64,000 nucleotides of DNA from an uncultured Pseudomonadota bacterium (GCA_963749075.1 CAVVLJ010000017.1:1120001-1184000); one strand, 5' to 3'. Positions 41,571 through 52,288 are shown, counted from the first letter of the stretch. Numbers and translations: made by a program. Notes: generated by a model not told the origin, from the letters alone.

Positions 41571-44500
41571 ATGCCAAAAAGCCGTCCGCATCAGGCCAAG
41601 GCGGTTCGGCCGCGTGCGGGCCGGCGCCCACCGGCGGCGCGCGGCTCTCCTCGCGGATCTCGGGGACTTCCCGGTCGTCGGAATAGGCGCCTCGGCGGGC
41701 GGCCTCGATGCCTGCAGGAAGCTGGTGGACGCGCTGCCGGCCGGCAACGGCATGGCCTTCATCCTGGTCCAGCATCTCGATCCGACCCACGAAAGCATGA
41801 TGGTGGACCTGCTGGCCGGCCACACGTCGATGACCGTGCGGCAGGCAACGGACGGAATGCCGCTCGAGCGCGAGCCACCTCTATGTCATCCCGCCCGGAA
41901 CCTATCTCTCCGTCGGCAACGGCGCCCTGCACCTCTCGCAGCCGCAGGCGCGTCACGGCGCGCGCCTGCCGTTCGACTTTCTGCTGCACTCGTTGGCCGA
42001 GGAATGCGGCGCGCGCGCCATCTGCGTGATCCTTTCGGGAACAGGGGCCGACGGCAGCCTTGGGCTGAAGGCCGTGAAGGAAAAGGGCGGGCTCGTCATC
42101 GCGCAGGACCCCGACGAGGCCGGCTATGACGGCATGCCGCGCAGCGCGATCATGACGGGTGCGGTCGACCTTGTGCTTCCGGTGGCGAAGATTCCCGAGG
42201 CGCTCGTCAAATACGACCGGCGGATGGGCCTCGCACGCACGCCGAACGGGTCGCGCCCGCAGGATACGGCACAGGATTGGCTGCCCGAGATCATCGATCT
42301 TCTGCGCACGAAGACCGCCCATGATTTCACGCTCTACAAGCCGGGCACGCTGCAGCGCCGGATCGAGCGGCGCATGGCGATGGCGGCGATCGAGACCGAT
42401 GACATGGATCGGTATCTCGAGATCTCTGCGGAGCGACGCGAGCGAGCTCGACCTTCTTGCCAAGGACCTGCTCATCAACGTCACCAGCTTCTTCCGCGAT
42501 CCGAAGGTGTTCGATCTCCTGGCGGCGAAGATCGTTCCCGACCTGGTCCGCAAGCACGCGCCCGATCATCCCCTGCGCATCTGGATTGCCGGGTGCAGCA
42601 CGGGCGAGGAGACCTATTCCCTTGCCATGCTGTTCCGCGAGGAGATCACGGCGGCGAAGCGCAACGTCAAGCTGCAGGTCTTCGCCTCCGATGTCGACCC
42701 GGATGCGGTCGCGAGCGCCCGCGAGGGCCTCTACCCGGAAACGATCGAGGCGGACGTGTCGCCGGCACGACTTGCCCGCTTCTTTGCGAAGGAGGATCAC
42801 GGCTACAGGGTCTTGCCCGAGCTGCGCGCGGCGGTGGTCTTCACGGTGCAGGACGTGCTGGCCGATCCGCCGTTCTCGCGCCTCGACCTGGTTTCATGCC
42901 GGAATCTTCTGATCTATCTGCGCCCCGAGGCGCAGGCGAAGGTCGTCTCGCTGTTCCATTTCGCGCTGCGCGAGGGCGGCATTCTGCTTCTTGGCAGCTC
43001 GGAGACGGTCGGCAACGTCGACGGCCGCTTCGAGGTGATCTCCAAGCCGGAGCGGCTCTATCGGCACATCGGTCGCAGCCGGCCGGGAGAACTCGGCTTT
43101 TCGAGGGCCGCCGGCGACGGCGTGCGAGTCCTCGCGCGCCCGGGACAAGGCCAAGCGCCCTCGCGCCAGGCCGCTCTCGCCGAGCTTTGCCGACGGCTGG
43201 TGATGGAGACCTATGCGCCGGCGGCGGTGCTGATCAACCGCAAGCATGAGTGCCTCTATTCCTCGGGACCGACGGACCGCTATCTGCGCGTGGCGCCGGG
43301 GCAGCCCGACCCACGATCTGCTCGCCATGGCGCGCGCAGGACCTGCGGACCAAGCTCCGCTCGGCAATCCAGCAGGCCAGCCAGGAGAACGCGCGCATTG
43401 TCGTCGCCGGCGGCCGGACGAACCACGATGGCAATGCCGGGTCGTTCAGCATCGCCGTGCAGCCGGTTCTGAGCGAGGGCGAGGAGCTGCTGCTGATTTG
43501 CTTCGTCGACGAGCCGAAGCACGAGCGCGAGGCGAGGCCGCCAGACGCGCCAAAGGGGACGTTCCGCGGGTCGCCGAGCTCGAGCAGGAGCTCGAAGCCA
43601 CGAGAGCGGAGCTCCAGGGCGCCATCCGCAACCTCGAGATTTCGAGCGAAGAGCAGAAGGCGATCAACGAAGAGGCGTTGTCCGTCAATGAGGAATACCA
43701 ATCGACCAACGAGGAGCTGCTGACCTCGAAGGAGGAATTGCAGTCGCTCAACGAGGAGCTCACCGCCCTCAACAGCCAGCTCCAGGAGACGCTGGAGCGG
43801 CAGCGCACGACCTCCAACGATCTGCAGAACATCCTGTACAGCACCGATGTCGCGACGCTCTTCCTCGACACCAGCCTCAATATCCGCTTCTTCACGCCGG
43901 CCACCAAGTCGCTCTTCAGCGTCATTCCCAGCGACGTCGGGCGGCCGCTCGCGGACCTCAACTCGCTGGCTGCCGATGGCGCGCTTCTGAGCGATGCCCG
44001 GACGGTGCTGCAGACCCTCGCGCCGATCGAGCGCGAGATCGAAGCGCAGAACGGCGCCTGGTACATCCGCCGCGTATTGCCTTACCGCACCCAGGACAAC
44101 GGGGTCGAGGGCGTCGTCATCACCTTTGCCGACATCACCGAGCGGCGGCGCGTGGCGGACGCGCTGGAGGCGGCCAAGCGGCAAGCAGACCTGGCGAATG
44201 TCGCGAAATCGCGCTTTCTCGCCGCCGCGAGCCATGACCTCCGCCAGCCGCTTGCAAACGCTCGCCCTGCTGCAGGGACTGTTGGCGAAAACCGTCGAGG
44301 GGGAGAGAGCGCAGAAGCTGGTCGCGCGGCTCGACGAGACGTTGAGCGCCATGTCGGGCATGCTGAACACGCTGCTCGACATCAACCAGATCGAGGCCGG
44401 CACCGTCCGCGCCGAAATCGTCGATTTCCCGATCAACGATCTCTTCGAGCGGATGCGGGACGAGTTCACCTATCACGCGCAGGCGCAGAGGCTTGCCTTG

Positions 44501-45961
44501 CGCGTGGTCCCGTGCGGCCTTTCGATACGCAGCGATCCGCGCCTGCTCGAGCAGATGATCCGCAACCTGCTCTCGAACGCGTTGAAATACACCAAGCGCG
44601 GCAAGGTGCTGCTCGGCTGCCGCCGGCACCAAGGGATGCTGAGCATCGAGATCTGGGACACCGGAATCGGCATCCCCGACGAGGAGCTTCAAGCGATCTT
44701 CGAGGAGTACCATCAGCTCGACAATGCCGCGCGCGAACGGAGCCGCGGCCTTGGCCTCGGTCTCTCCATCGTGCAGCGCCTGGGCAAGTTGCTGGGCCAT
44801 CGCATACGCGTCCGCTCGCGGCCGGGCAAGGGCTCGGTCTTCGCCATCGAGGTCGCGCTGCCGCGGAGCGAGGCGGGAGCTGAGCGCGAGCGCCAGCGGC
44901 ACGGCCCGGACGAGCGGATCGTCGCGGGCGGACGCCGCACCGGCGCGATCCTGGTCGTCGAGGACGATCCCGAAGTGCGCGAGCTCCTCGAGCTCTTTCT
45001 CAAGGACGAGGGCCATCGCACGGCAGCGGCGCTGGACGGCGTCGCAGCGCTGGAATTGGTGGCGCGAGGGACGGTCCGACCCGACCTCATGCTCGCCGAC
45101 TACAATCTGCCGAAGGACATGAACGGGCTCCAGCTCACCGCAAAGCTGCGGGAGACGCTTCATCGCCAGATCCCGGCCATCATTCTGACCGGCGACATAT
45201 CGACCGGCACCTTGCGCGACATCGCGCTTCAGGATTGCGTGCAGCTCAACAAGCCGGTGAAGCTGAAGGAGCTGACGCAAGTCATCCAGCGGCTCCTTGC
45301 CGTACCGCACGCCGTGCCGGCCGCGCGGACTCCGCGCGCCGCCGATGCCCCAACCGGCGCCGCGTCGCCCATCATCTTTGTCGTCGATGACGACAGCCAG
45401 GTACGCGAGGCGATTCGCTCGGTGCTCGAGGAGGATGGCCGGACCGTCGAGGATTATGAGAGCGGCGAGGCATTCCTCGAAGCCTATCGTCCGGGCCGCG
45501 AAGGATGCCTCTTGATCGATGCCTATCTGCCCGGGATGAACGGGCTCGAATTGCTGCAGCGGCTGCGTGCTGCGGGCCATCGGCTGCCCGCCATCATGAT
45601 CACCGGCAATAGCGACGTGCCGATGGCGGTCGAAGCCATGAAGGCGGGTGCTTCGGACTTCATCGAGAAGCCGGTCGGCCGCGGCGAACTGCTCGCCGGC
45701 GTCGAGCGCGCGCTCGAACAGTCGCGGGATGCGGCTAAGCTATCCGCCTGGCGAGAGGAGGCGGCTAGTCACATCGCGGGTCTCACGCCGCGGCAGCGCC
45801 AGATCATGGAGCTGGTCCTCGCCGGCCACCCCAGCAAGAATATCGCCGCGGACCTCGGCATCAGCCAACGCACCGTCGAGAACCATCGCGCCGCGATCAT
45901 GAAGAGAACGGGCGCCAAGTCTCTTCCGGCGCTGGCCCGATTGGCGCTCGCCGCGGCGTGA
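41571..45961 (+). CDS. Hybrid CheB-CheR-coiled coil-PAS-HisKA-HATPase-REC-REC-LuxR protein (about 1460 aa, several apparent 1-nt indels)
   Basis: GIGASAGG/VQH/SGTGADG (CheB); INVTSFFRD, AGCSTGEE, SCRNLLIY (CheR); EELQSLNEEL; ASHDLRQP, NALKY, DTGIG, GLGLGL; two REC domains; LTPRQRQIM..IAADLGISQRTVENHRAAIM. Confidence 0.85.
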
Positions 45962-46025
45962 AACGGCGCTGCGGAGGCGCTCGTTCAAGGTTGCCCTCCC
46001 GTCGCGGCGCGCGGTCAACAGCCGG

Positions 46026-46038
46026 TAGGTAGTTTCCG
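46026..46038 (+). promoter_or_regulatory. TRAGTAGTTTCCG-like box
   Basis: TAGGTAGTTTCCG about 104 bp upstream of the 46142 ORF. Confidence 0.6.
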
Positions 46039-46141
46039 AGGCTGGCGCGCTCGCATCAGCACTCGGTACTCTGCGTCGCAGGCCCGGCCGCCGCAAGGCC
46101 GCAAGGCCGCAAGGATGACGGCCAGATCATGGAGAGAACTC

Positions 46142-46381
46142 ATGCAGCTCATTCAAAGCGATCATACGGGAGACCGCCGTCTGAGATTTGTCTTTAGCGA
46201 CAGAGTGCTGTCGTTTCTTCTTGCCTCCGATGCGACCTTCGGGGACGTGGCATGGAAGCTGGGCGAAGTTTTCAACCGGCATTGTGGCAATCCGGTCGGC
46301 ATCGACGTCACCTTGGGCTCTGGCGAGGATCATTCGGCTCACGGTATTTCGAGCCGATCGGGGCTGGAATCTGCGCTTTGA
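46142..46381 (+). CDS. Small hypothetical protein
   Basis: GGAGA RBS; 79-aa ORF downstream of a box. Confidence 0.45.
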   Translation: MQLIQSDHTGDRRLRFVFSDRVLSFLLASDATFGDVAWKLGEVFNRHCGNPVGIDVTLGSGEDHSAHGISSRSGLESAL

Positions 46382-46489
46382 TCCCACCGCCCTGCAAGCC
46401 GTACGGTGAACCAGACGCCGTGCTTCTGGCGCGCTATCTCGTTCGCCTTCCGCCGCAATGCCGGCGGAAGCTGCGCCGTCGCCCGCTGT

Positions 46490-46580
46490 TCCTTATCTTC
46501 CTCGTCGACGACGGCGACCACATTTGCGAGACGCAGCGCAGCGTGCTCGAGGCCCACGGCCGGGCCGTCGAGAATTGTGC
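46490..46580 (+). pseudogene. Degenerate REC-domain fragment paralogous to the second REC of the hybrid protein
   Basis: LIFLVDDGDHICETQRSVLEAHGRAVE versus IIFVVDDDSQVREAIRSVLEEDGRTVE at about 45371. Confidence 0.55.
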
Positions 46581-46681
46581 GATCGCCGATGCATCGGAAA
46601 CGGGGCCGACGATTAGCTTGTTCAACGGGGATCTTCAGTCACGGCCGCGCGGCGAACACGCGTAGTTCTCGATCGCCGCCG

Positions 46682-46694
46682 TGAGTAGATCCCG
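46682..46694 (+). promoter_or_regulatory. Degenerate TRAGTAGTTTCCG box
   Basis: TGAGTAGATCCCG upstream of the 46821 ORF. Confidence 0.45.
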
Positions 46695-46820
46695 GCGGCT
46701 GACGATCGGCATTCCCGTACCCATTTGACGTATCACCGATCGAACGGCAAGCGAGCTGTCAATCCGCTCGGCAATGGTGCACGAGTAGATAAATCGTTTA
46801 ACGCCGAAAGGGGTAGAGGC

Positions 46821-47018
46821 ATGCGCCCGATGTTTAAGCTTGCGGCCGCGTTTACTCTTACGGTCGGTGCGGCTCTAACCATCACGCCCCGCTCGGCTCC
46901 TGGCGATCCCGCCCCGTTGCCTTCGCGGGTCCTGCACAATCCCGATTCGACCTATCGTCCGGAGATGGTCTTCTTCGCCAGCGCCAAGATGCAGAACGTC
47001 GTTAATGGCATATTTTGA
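46821..47018 (+). CDS. Small putatively secreted hypothetical protein
   Basis: Signal-like MFKLAAAFTLTVGAAL; 65 aa. Confidence 0.4.
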   Translation: MRPMFKLAAAFTLTVGAALTITPRSAPGDPAPLPSRVLHNPDSTYRPEMVFFASAKMQNVVNGIF

Positions 47019-47169
47019 CACATGCACGACCGGTCATCGGGGACTGGGCTCTCCTCGACCTCAAGTCATATCGGCAAGGCACTCCGCCCCATCAGCTTTT
47101 CTCAGTGATGCTCCGGACTGTCCCTTCGAGAGGGGCGCGCCGACAAGCCCGGCGCGTCGGCGGACTTTC

Positions 47170-47182
47170 TGAGTAGCTTCCG
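47170..47182 (+). promoter_or_regulatory. TRAGTAGTTTCCG-like box
   Basis: TGAGTAGCTTCCG; no intact downstream gene visible. Confidence 0.5.
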
Positions 47183-47628
47183 AATCTGTGTCGTCGGCCT
47201 GACTTGGACGATAATCGGCGAGCTCGGAGTCTGATTGTCATCCCATCTCCGATCATCGCCGCGACTCGCATCGGCTGGGTCGGACGCCGCGCAGCCTCGC
47301 GCCGCCCCACCCGGTTTAGAGAGAGGACATTCGATGGCATACGGTACGCTTTGAAGGAAAGACCCCGTCAGCCACGGAAGGAGCCGACGGGGGCCAAGGA
47401 GGTTGGGCTACCCAACAGCCGGAGGGGAGGGGAGGGGGCTGGTTGGGGCTCGAGAGGAGGCGCGAATTGCACGCGCCAGCATCCTTCTGCCGCGCGCGCG
47501 AAGTGCCGCATGTTCAAGAAAGCATACCGGCGGAAATTCATTCTCGCTGCACGATCATCCGGCCCCGACCGCCCAGAAACAGAAGCGCCGGCGTTCGCAC
47601 GCCGGCGCTCCGCCGCTATGCGCTGCCG

Positions 47629-48303
47629 TCAGATCCCGCCAAGCGCCTGCCTCAAGTCGGCAGCACCCGGGTTGCTGACGGTGCGGCGCACGACGATGTC
47701 GCGCACCGAGACGTTACGGCCGTAATAGGCCACGTCCCAATCATGGTGCGGACCCATGGCACCGCCCTTGACGTCGACGCCGCCGAACAGGCCCTTCGAT
47801 TCGGCGACGACATAGATGTCGGCGCCGACATTGGTCGTCGTCGACGCTCCGGCGCCGGCGCCCAAGGTGGCGACCGTCAGCCCGGCCTCGGCGCCGAGAT
47901 CCACCTTGTTCTCGATCACCGCGTTGAGCGCCTTGCGGCTCATGATGATGACCATGACCTTGGAGACCTCGACGCCGATCTGGAAGCCGAACGAGGCGGC
48001 GCCCAGGTCGTAGAAGGCCGGGTCGCTCCAATTGCCCTTGCCGTCGCGGGCGAGGAGGACGCCGGTGCCGCCCTCGGCGCCGAAGATGAAGCCGCCCTTG
48101 ACCAGCTCGGGCACGATCAGCACCGCACGCGAGTGGCGGATCAGCTCGCGCGTCTTGGCGGCGAGATCGTTGTTGCTGTCGTGGACCTCGCGGACGACGT
48201 TGAGGGCCTCGTCGACGGCGTGCTGCTGATCGGGTGCCGCCTGGGCGAACGGGGCCGCGGCCAGGCTGAAGGCGATGGCAGCGGATATGGCGAGAAGTCT
48301 CAT
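47629..48303 (-). CDS. Lipid-binding SYLF (Ysc84) domain secreted protein
   Basis: Signal peptide; KGGFIFGAEGGTGVLL..WSDPAF..ASFGFQIG, SKGLFGGV. Confidence 0.88.
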   Translation of the reverse strand: MRLLAISAAIAFSLAAAPFAQAAPDQQHAVDEALNVVREVHDSNNDLAAKTRELIRHSRAVLIVPELVKGGFIFGAEGGTGVLLARDGKGNWSDPAFYDLGAASFGFQIGVEVSKVMVIIMSRKALNAVIENKVDLGAEAGLTVATLGAGAGASTTTNVGADIYVVAESKGLFGGVDVKGGAMGPHHDWDVAYYGRNVSVRDIVVRRTVSNPGAADLRQALGGI

Positions 48304-48458
48304 TGCGATGCTCCTGTTTCCTCGGGTTGCTCGTGTCGGTCGAAATTCGGTCCCTGCCTGCGGCTCGAGACCGACGCGTCCTGCTGCACGGGGGGCAAAG
48401 ACGACTGGCTTGCTCGGGCAGCCCTCAAGCCGCATCCGCGATGCCGCCACCGCTTCGG

Positions 48459-49025
48459 CTAACCGGCGTCCTGCCAGTAGAGTGCCCGCGATATCGCACC
48501 CGTCGGGGAAACCTCGACCGACCTCGTGAGCGTCCTGCCTTGGCTCTCCGCGACGATCTCGTACTTGCCGGGCCTTACGTTGGCGAAGAAGTAGGGGCCT
48601 TCCGCCACCGTGTCGACGAGCGTATTGCCGCCGTGGTCCACTAGCCGCACATGCACGCCGGCGAGGTACGCGCCGGAGCCCTCGACCGCAAACAGGAGCC
48701 GCAGGTTGTAGCCGCTCTCGACCGCGCGCATGGCGGCTTTGCCTTCGTTGCCTACGCCGCCGCTCGCGAAGATGACGCCTCCTTGATTGTGGGGCTGCAC
48801 GGCTTGCCGCGTCTCATTCGCGATGGCGCCGACCGTGCTCTCGGTCTCCGATCTCACGACGGAGTTTTGCGCCTGCGCCCAGCCCAACAAAGCGCCTGAA
48901 AGCGCGACTTCGGCCTGCGACCCCAGAAGAAAGCCTTGTGCCTGCGCCGCATCGGGCGTCGCCACTCCCGTCCAACCCAACAGGGCGGCTGAAAGTGCGG
49001 CCTGTAGCCATATCTTCGCGGTCAT
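48459..49025 (-). CDS. Secreted protein with a carboxypeptidase-regulatory-like (Ig) domain
   Basis: SGGVG..AM....YNLRLLFA..GAYLAGV..GPYFFANVRPGKY. Confidence 0.75.
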   Translation of the reverse strand: MTAKIWLQAALSAALLGWTGVATPDAAQAQGFLLGSQAEVALSGALLGWAQAQNSVVRSETESTVGAIANETRQAVQPHNQGGVIFASGGVGNEGKAAMRAVESGYNLRLLFAVEGSGAYLAGVHVRLVDHGGNTLVDTVAEGPYFFANVRPGKYEIVAESQGRTLTRSVEVSPTGAISRALYWQDAG

Positions 49026-49182
49026 GGCGCGCCTCCTAAATTGCCTGCGATGCTCATAGGGCCGGCATCCGCTGCCTGGCCGAGTTGAGCCTCTTAGTTG
49101 GGCATCCTTCTATTGCGCGAACGACTGCCCCGAATGTCCACGAGTACTGGAGATAAGAACGCGATCTGCCCGCCAGTAGGCT

Positions 49183-49195
49183 CGGAAACTACTTA
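49183..49195 (-). promoter_or_regulatory. TRAGTAGTTTCCG box
   Basis: CGGAAACTACTTA upstream of the 49025 gene. Confidence 0.65.
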
Positions 49196-49338
49196 TGCGG
49201 AATTCGCCGGATACCCGCAGAGAACCAACGCCGGCGCTGGTCAGAAAGTTCGGCCAAGGAGCGGCGTTATTTACAGCTCTCGCCGTTCATCGCGAGACCG
49301 CGCGAGGCTGGCTCAGGGAATGTTACGGCGGCCGGACG

Positions 49339-49351
49339 TAAGTAGTTTCCG
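49339..49351 (+). promoter_or_regulatory. TRAGTAGTTTCCG box
   Basis: TAAGTAGTTTCCG about 94 bp upstream of the MlaC-like gene. Confidence 0.65.
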
Positions 49352-49444
49352 AGTCTATCGTTGTAAGCGCGCAGCGGCCTATCGTCGGGGTCGACTGCCT
49401 TAATAGCGGATGATGTGACCGTCAGGATAAATCGGGAGGCACTC

Positions 49445-50117
49445 ATGGCGCGCTGGCACATGCTGAAGGCGTTGCGCTCAAACTCCCTTGCGACTCTCAG
49501 CCGCGATGTGCCCGTGGCTGTTGTGGCATGCGCCGCACTGTGCGCACTCTTGCTCTCGACTCCGGCGCGGTCGGCGGACCTCCCCGCCGAGGCCGCCGCT
49601 TTCGTCAACGGGCTCGCCGGCCAGGCGCTCACCATTCTCGAGAATAAATCGATCAGCGATGACCAGCGCAAGTCGAGCCTCGCCGAGTGGCTTTTCGCCA
49701 ATTTCGATGTGCGCGCGATGGGACTCTTTGCCCTTGGCGATTACGCCGGCGGGGCGGCGGACCCTCAAAGGGACGCATATCTCCTGATCTTCAAGGACTA
49801 CATGATCCGCAATTATTTCTCCCGCATGCAGGCTCTCGGCAACGTGTTTTCCGTGGGCGGCGCCTCCCTCGACGGCGCCGATATCGTGCTCGTGGTCAGC
49901 GACATCGGCTCGCGGGGCGAGCAGCCGTCCCGGGTCGAGTGGCGCGTCCGCAAGCAGGACGGCGCGCTCAAGGTTTTCGAACGTCATTGTCCAGGGCTCC
50001 AGCCTGGAGTGGAACCAGCGCGCCGACTTCGCCTCAGTCCTGCAGCGCAATCATGGCGACATCGCGCAGCTCATGGACCTCATGCGGGTGCAGAAGGTCG
50101 GCCGCGAGACGCCATGA
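49445..50117 (+). CDS. MlaC/Ttg2D phospholipid-binding protein; apparent +1 indel near 49980
   Basis: FDVRAMGLFALG, VEWRVR..LKVF; removing one A gives DVIVQGSS..NQRADF. Confidence 0.78.
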
Positions 50118-50124
50118 GGCCTCA

Positions 50125-50339
50125 GCGCGCGGCGCTTGAGCCGCGCCGTCATGCGCAACATCCGCCAGAACCTCTTCTTCGCCTTCGTCTTCAACGCGCT
50201 CGCGGTGCCGCTCGCGGCGGGCGTGCTCTATCCCTGGACCGGGCTTCTCCTCAACCCCATGATCGCGAGTGCCGCCATGAGCGCGAGCTCGGTGCTGGTG
50301 ATCGGCAACGCGCTTCGCTTGAGGCGCGCGGCGCTGTGA
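50125..50339 (+). repeat. Right copy of the direct repeat: orphan copA 3' end
   Basis: Encodes [16 protein letters not shown]...[10 protein letters not shown]; 190 bp identical to 38145-38334. Confidence 0.92.
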
Positions 50340-50349
50340 GGGACAGCGC

Positions 50350-50985
50350 CTACTTCCCCGGCTGGGGCGTTAGCCGCAGATAGGGCTTGAGCGCCTTCCA
50401 GCCGAGCGGGAACTTCTTCTTGGCGTCGTCGTCGCTCACCGAGGGCACGATGATCACGTCCTCGCCCTGCTTCCAATTGACCGGGGTGGCGACCTGGTAC
50501 TTGTCGGTGAGCTGCAGGGAGTCGACGACGCGCAGGATCTCGTCGAAGTTGCGCCCCGTGGTCTGCGGATAGGTGATCATCAGGCGGATCTTGCGCTTGG
50601 GATCGATGACGAAGACGGTGCGCACGGTGTACACCTCGTCGTGCGAGGGGTGCATCATGCCGTAGAGGTTGGCCACTTTCCGCTCCGGGTCGGCGATGAT
50701 CGGGAAGGCCACCTTGGCGTGCTGCGTCTCCTCGATGTCCTTGACCCAGCCCGCGTGCAAGCTCACGGGATCGACCGAGAGGCCGATCACCTTGACGCCG
50801 CGCTTCGTGAACTCGGGCACCAGCTTGCCGACGTAGCCGAGCTCGGTCGTGCACACCGGCGTGAAGTCCTTGGGATGCGAGAACAGGATGGCCCAGCCCT
50901 CGCCGATCCAGTCGTGGAAGCGGATGCGCCCTTGCGTCGTGTCCGCTTCGAAATCCGGGGCCGTATCGCCGAGACGAAGCGTCAT
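50350..50985 (-). CDS. 1-Cys peroxiredoxin (Prx6 family)
   Basis: FSHPKDFTPVCTTE, GRNFDEILR, ATPVNW. Confidence 0.93.
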   Translation of the reverse strand: MTLRLGDTAPDFEADTTQGRIRFHDWIGEGWAILFSHPKDFTPVCTTELGYVGKLVPEFTKRGVKVIGLSVDPVSLHAGWVKDIEETQHAKVAFPIIADPERKVANLYGMMHPSHDEVYTVRTVFVIDPKRKIRLMITYPQTTGRNFDEILRVVDSLQLTDKYQVATPVNWKQGEDVIIVPSVSDDDAKKKFPLGWKALKPYLRLTPQPGK

Positions 50986-51127
50986 GGTCACACCTCCCTT
51001 TGCATCGCTTGATGGGGCTGCCGTGAAGGCGCTCCTCAAATAAGCCCCTCGAGGGCAGAGAGCAAGGTTTAGTGTGGAATTTCTGTTATATACATTTCTT
51101 AAATGTAATACTGTATTCCACCTATGC

Positions 51128-51721
51128 TCAGGAAGCCTCTCGCGGCAATGCCGTCAGCCCGTCCGGGTCGCGGGGCCCGTTCACGGCGGCGAGGCGCTGG
51201 AGGGCGGCCGGCCGCGGCTCTGCGACGATGCCCTGCTCGAAGGCCACCACGTGGAGCCGGCCGCGCACGAGCTCGAGGAGCTCGTCCGGCGCCAGGAGGA
51301 AGTCCGCATTGGCCGGGCGCCCGAAGCGGGCATTGCCGCGCGCGAAGGTCTCGTAGATGAGGACGCCCGCGGGCTCGAGCGCCGCGAGGAGATGGGGAAA
51401 GAGCGGCCGCCAGAGATAGTTGGCGACCACCACTGCGGCGAAGCGGCGGCCTGGAAGCGGCCACGGCCCGGCCTCGAGGTCTGCGGCGACGAGCTCGATG
51501 CCCCCTGCGGCGCCGAGCTCCGCGAGCGCTGCCGGATCGCGGTCGAGTGCCGTCACGGGATGGCCGAGCCCATGGAAGAGCCGCGCGTGGCGCCCCCTGC
51601 CGCAGGCCACGTCGAGCACGGCACCCTCGGGCCGCACCAGCGGTGCAAAGCGGCGCACCCAGCCGGACGGCGGCCCGGCACCATGCGGCCTCATCGAGGC
51701 ATCTTGCTCGCGCTCGGCCAT
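51128..51721 (-). CDS. Class I SAM-dependent methyltransferase
   Basis: VLDVACGRGRH, VVANYLWRP, LIYETF. Confidence 0.85.
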   Translation of the reverse strand: MAEREQDASMRPHGAGPPSGWVRRFAPLVRPEGAVLDVACGRGRHARLFHGLGHPVTALDRDPAALAELGAAGGIELVAADLEAGPWPLPGRRFAAVVVANYLWRPLFPHLLAALEPAGVLIYETFARGNARFGRPANADFLLAPDELLELVRGRLHVVAFEQGIVAEPRPAALQRLAAVNGPRDPDGLTALPREAS

Positions 51722-51791
51722 GTTTGAAACGCGGGGCCCCGCCCTATATAAATGCTCCCATGAGCGTAACCAGGATCGGCATGCCCGCGCC

Positions 51792-52253
51792 ATGATCGTC
51801 TACAGCCTCGTCTGCGCCAAGAGCCACCGCTTCGACGCCTGGTTCCGCGACAGCGCCACTTACGACTCCCAGGCCGCGCGCCGCGCCGTCGCCTGCCCCG
51901 AATGCGGCAGCACCAAGGTCGCCAAGGCGCCCATGGCGCCGCGCCTCTCGCGGGGTGCCGCGGGCGAGCCCGAGGAGAAGAAGGAGACGCCTCCGCAGCC
52001 GCCGGCCGGCGCCGAAGCCCCCGCCAGCGCCGAGGCCACGACGCGCAAAGCGCTCCTCGCCTTGCGCCAAGAGGTCGAGGCCAATTGCGAGTACGTCGGC
52101 GAGCGCTTTCCCGAGGAGGCGCGCAAGATCCATTACGGCGAGGTGGTGCGGCGCGACATCTACGGCGAGGCCAAGGACGAGGAGGCCGCGGCACTTGCCG
52201 AGGAAGGCGTTGCCTTCCGCCGCATTCCCTGGCTGCGGCGGAGCGACAGCTAG
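51792..52253 (+). CDS. DUF1178 family protein
   Basis: MIVYSLVC..HRFDAWF..CPECGS..KAPMAP..YVGERFPEEARKIHYGE. Confidence 0.9.
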   Translation: MIVYSLVCAKSHRFDAWFRDSATYDSQAARRAVACPECGSTKVAKAPMAPRLSRGAAGEPEEKKETPPQPPAGAEAPASAEATTRKALLALRQEVEANCEYVGERFPEEARKIHYGEVVRRDIYGEAKDEEAAALAEEGVAFRRIPWLRRSDS

Positions 52254-52288
52254 GCGCCTCTTCCACGCAGCGCGGCGAAGTGGGTGCC

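Larger units (their letters stand above)
38360..50124. mobile_element. 12-kb genomic island without a recognisable integrase
   Basis: Flanked by a 190-bp identical direct repeat; accessory genes; lower GC intergenic DNA. Confidence 0.75.

Noticed and set aside
46090-46113. GCCGCAAG x3 tandem repeat
   Set aside because: Short intergenic slippage repeat with no evident function
39431-49351. Repeated 13-mer considered as a CRISPR repeat or integron attC array
   Set aside because: Too short, irregular kb-scale spacing, both orientations, no cas or integrase; fits operator sites
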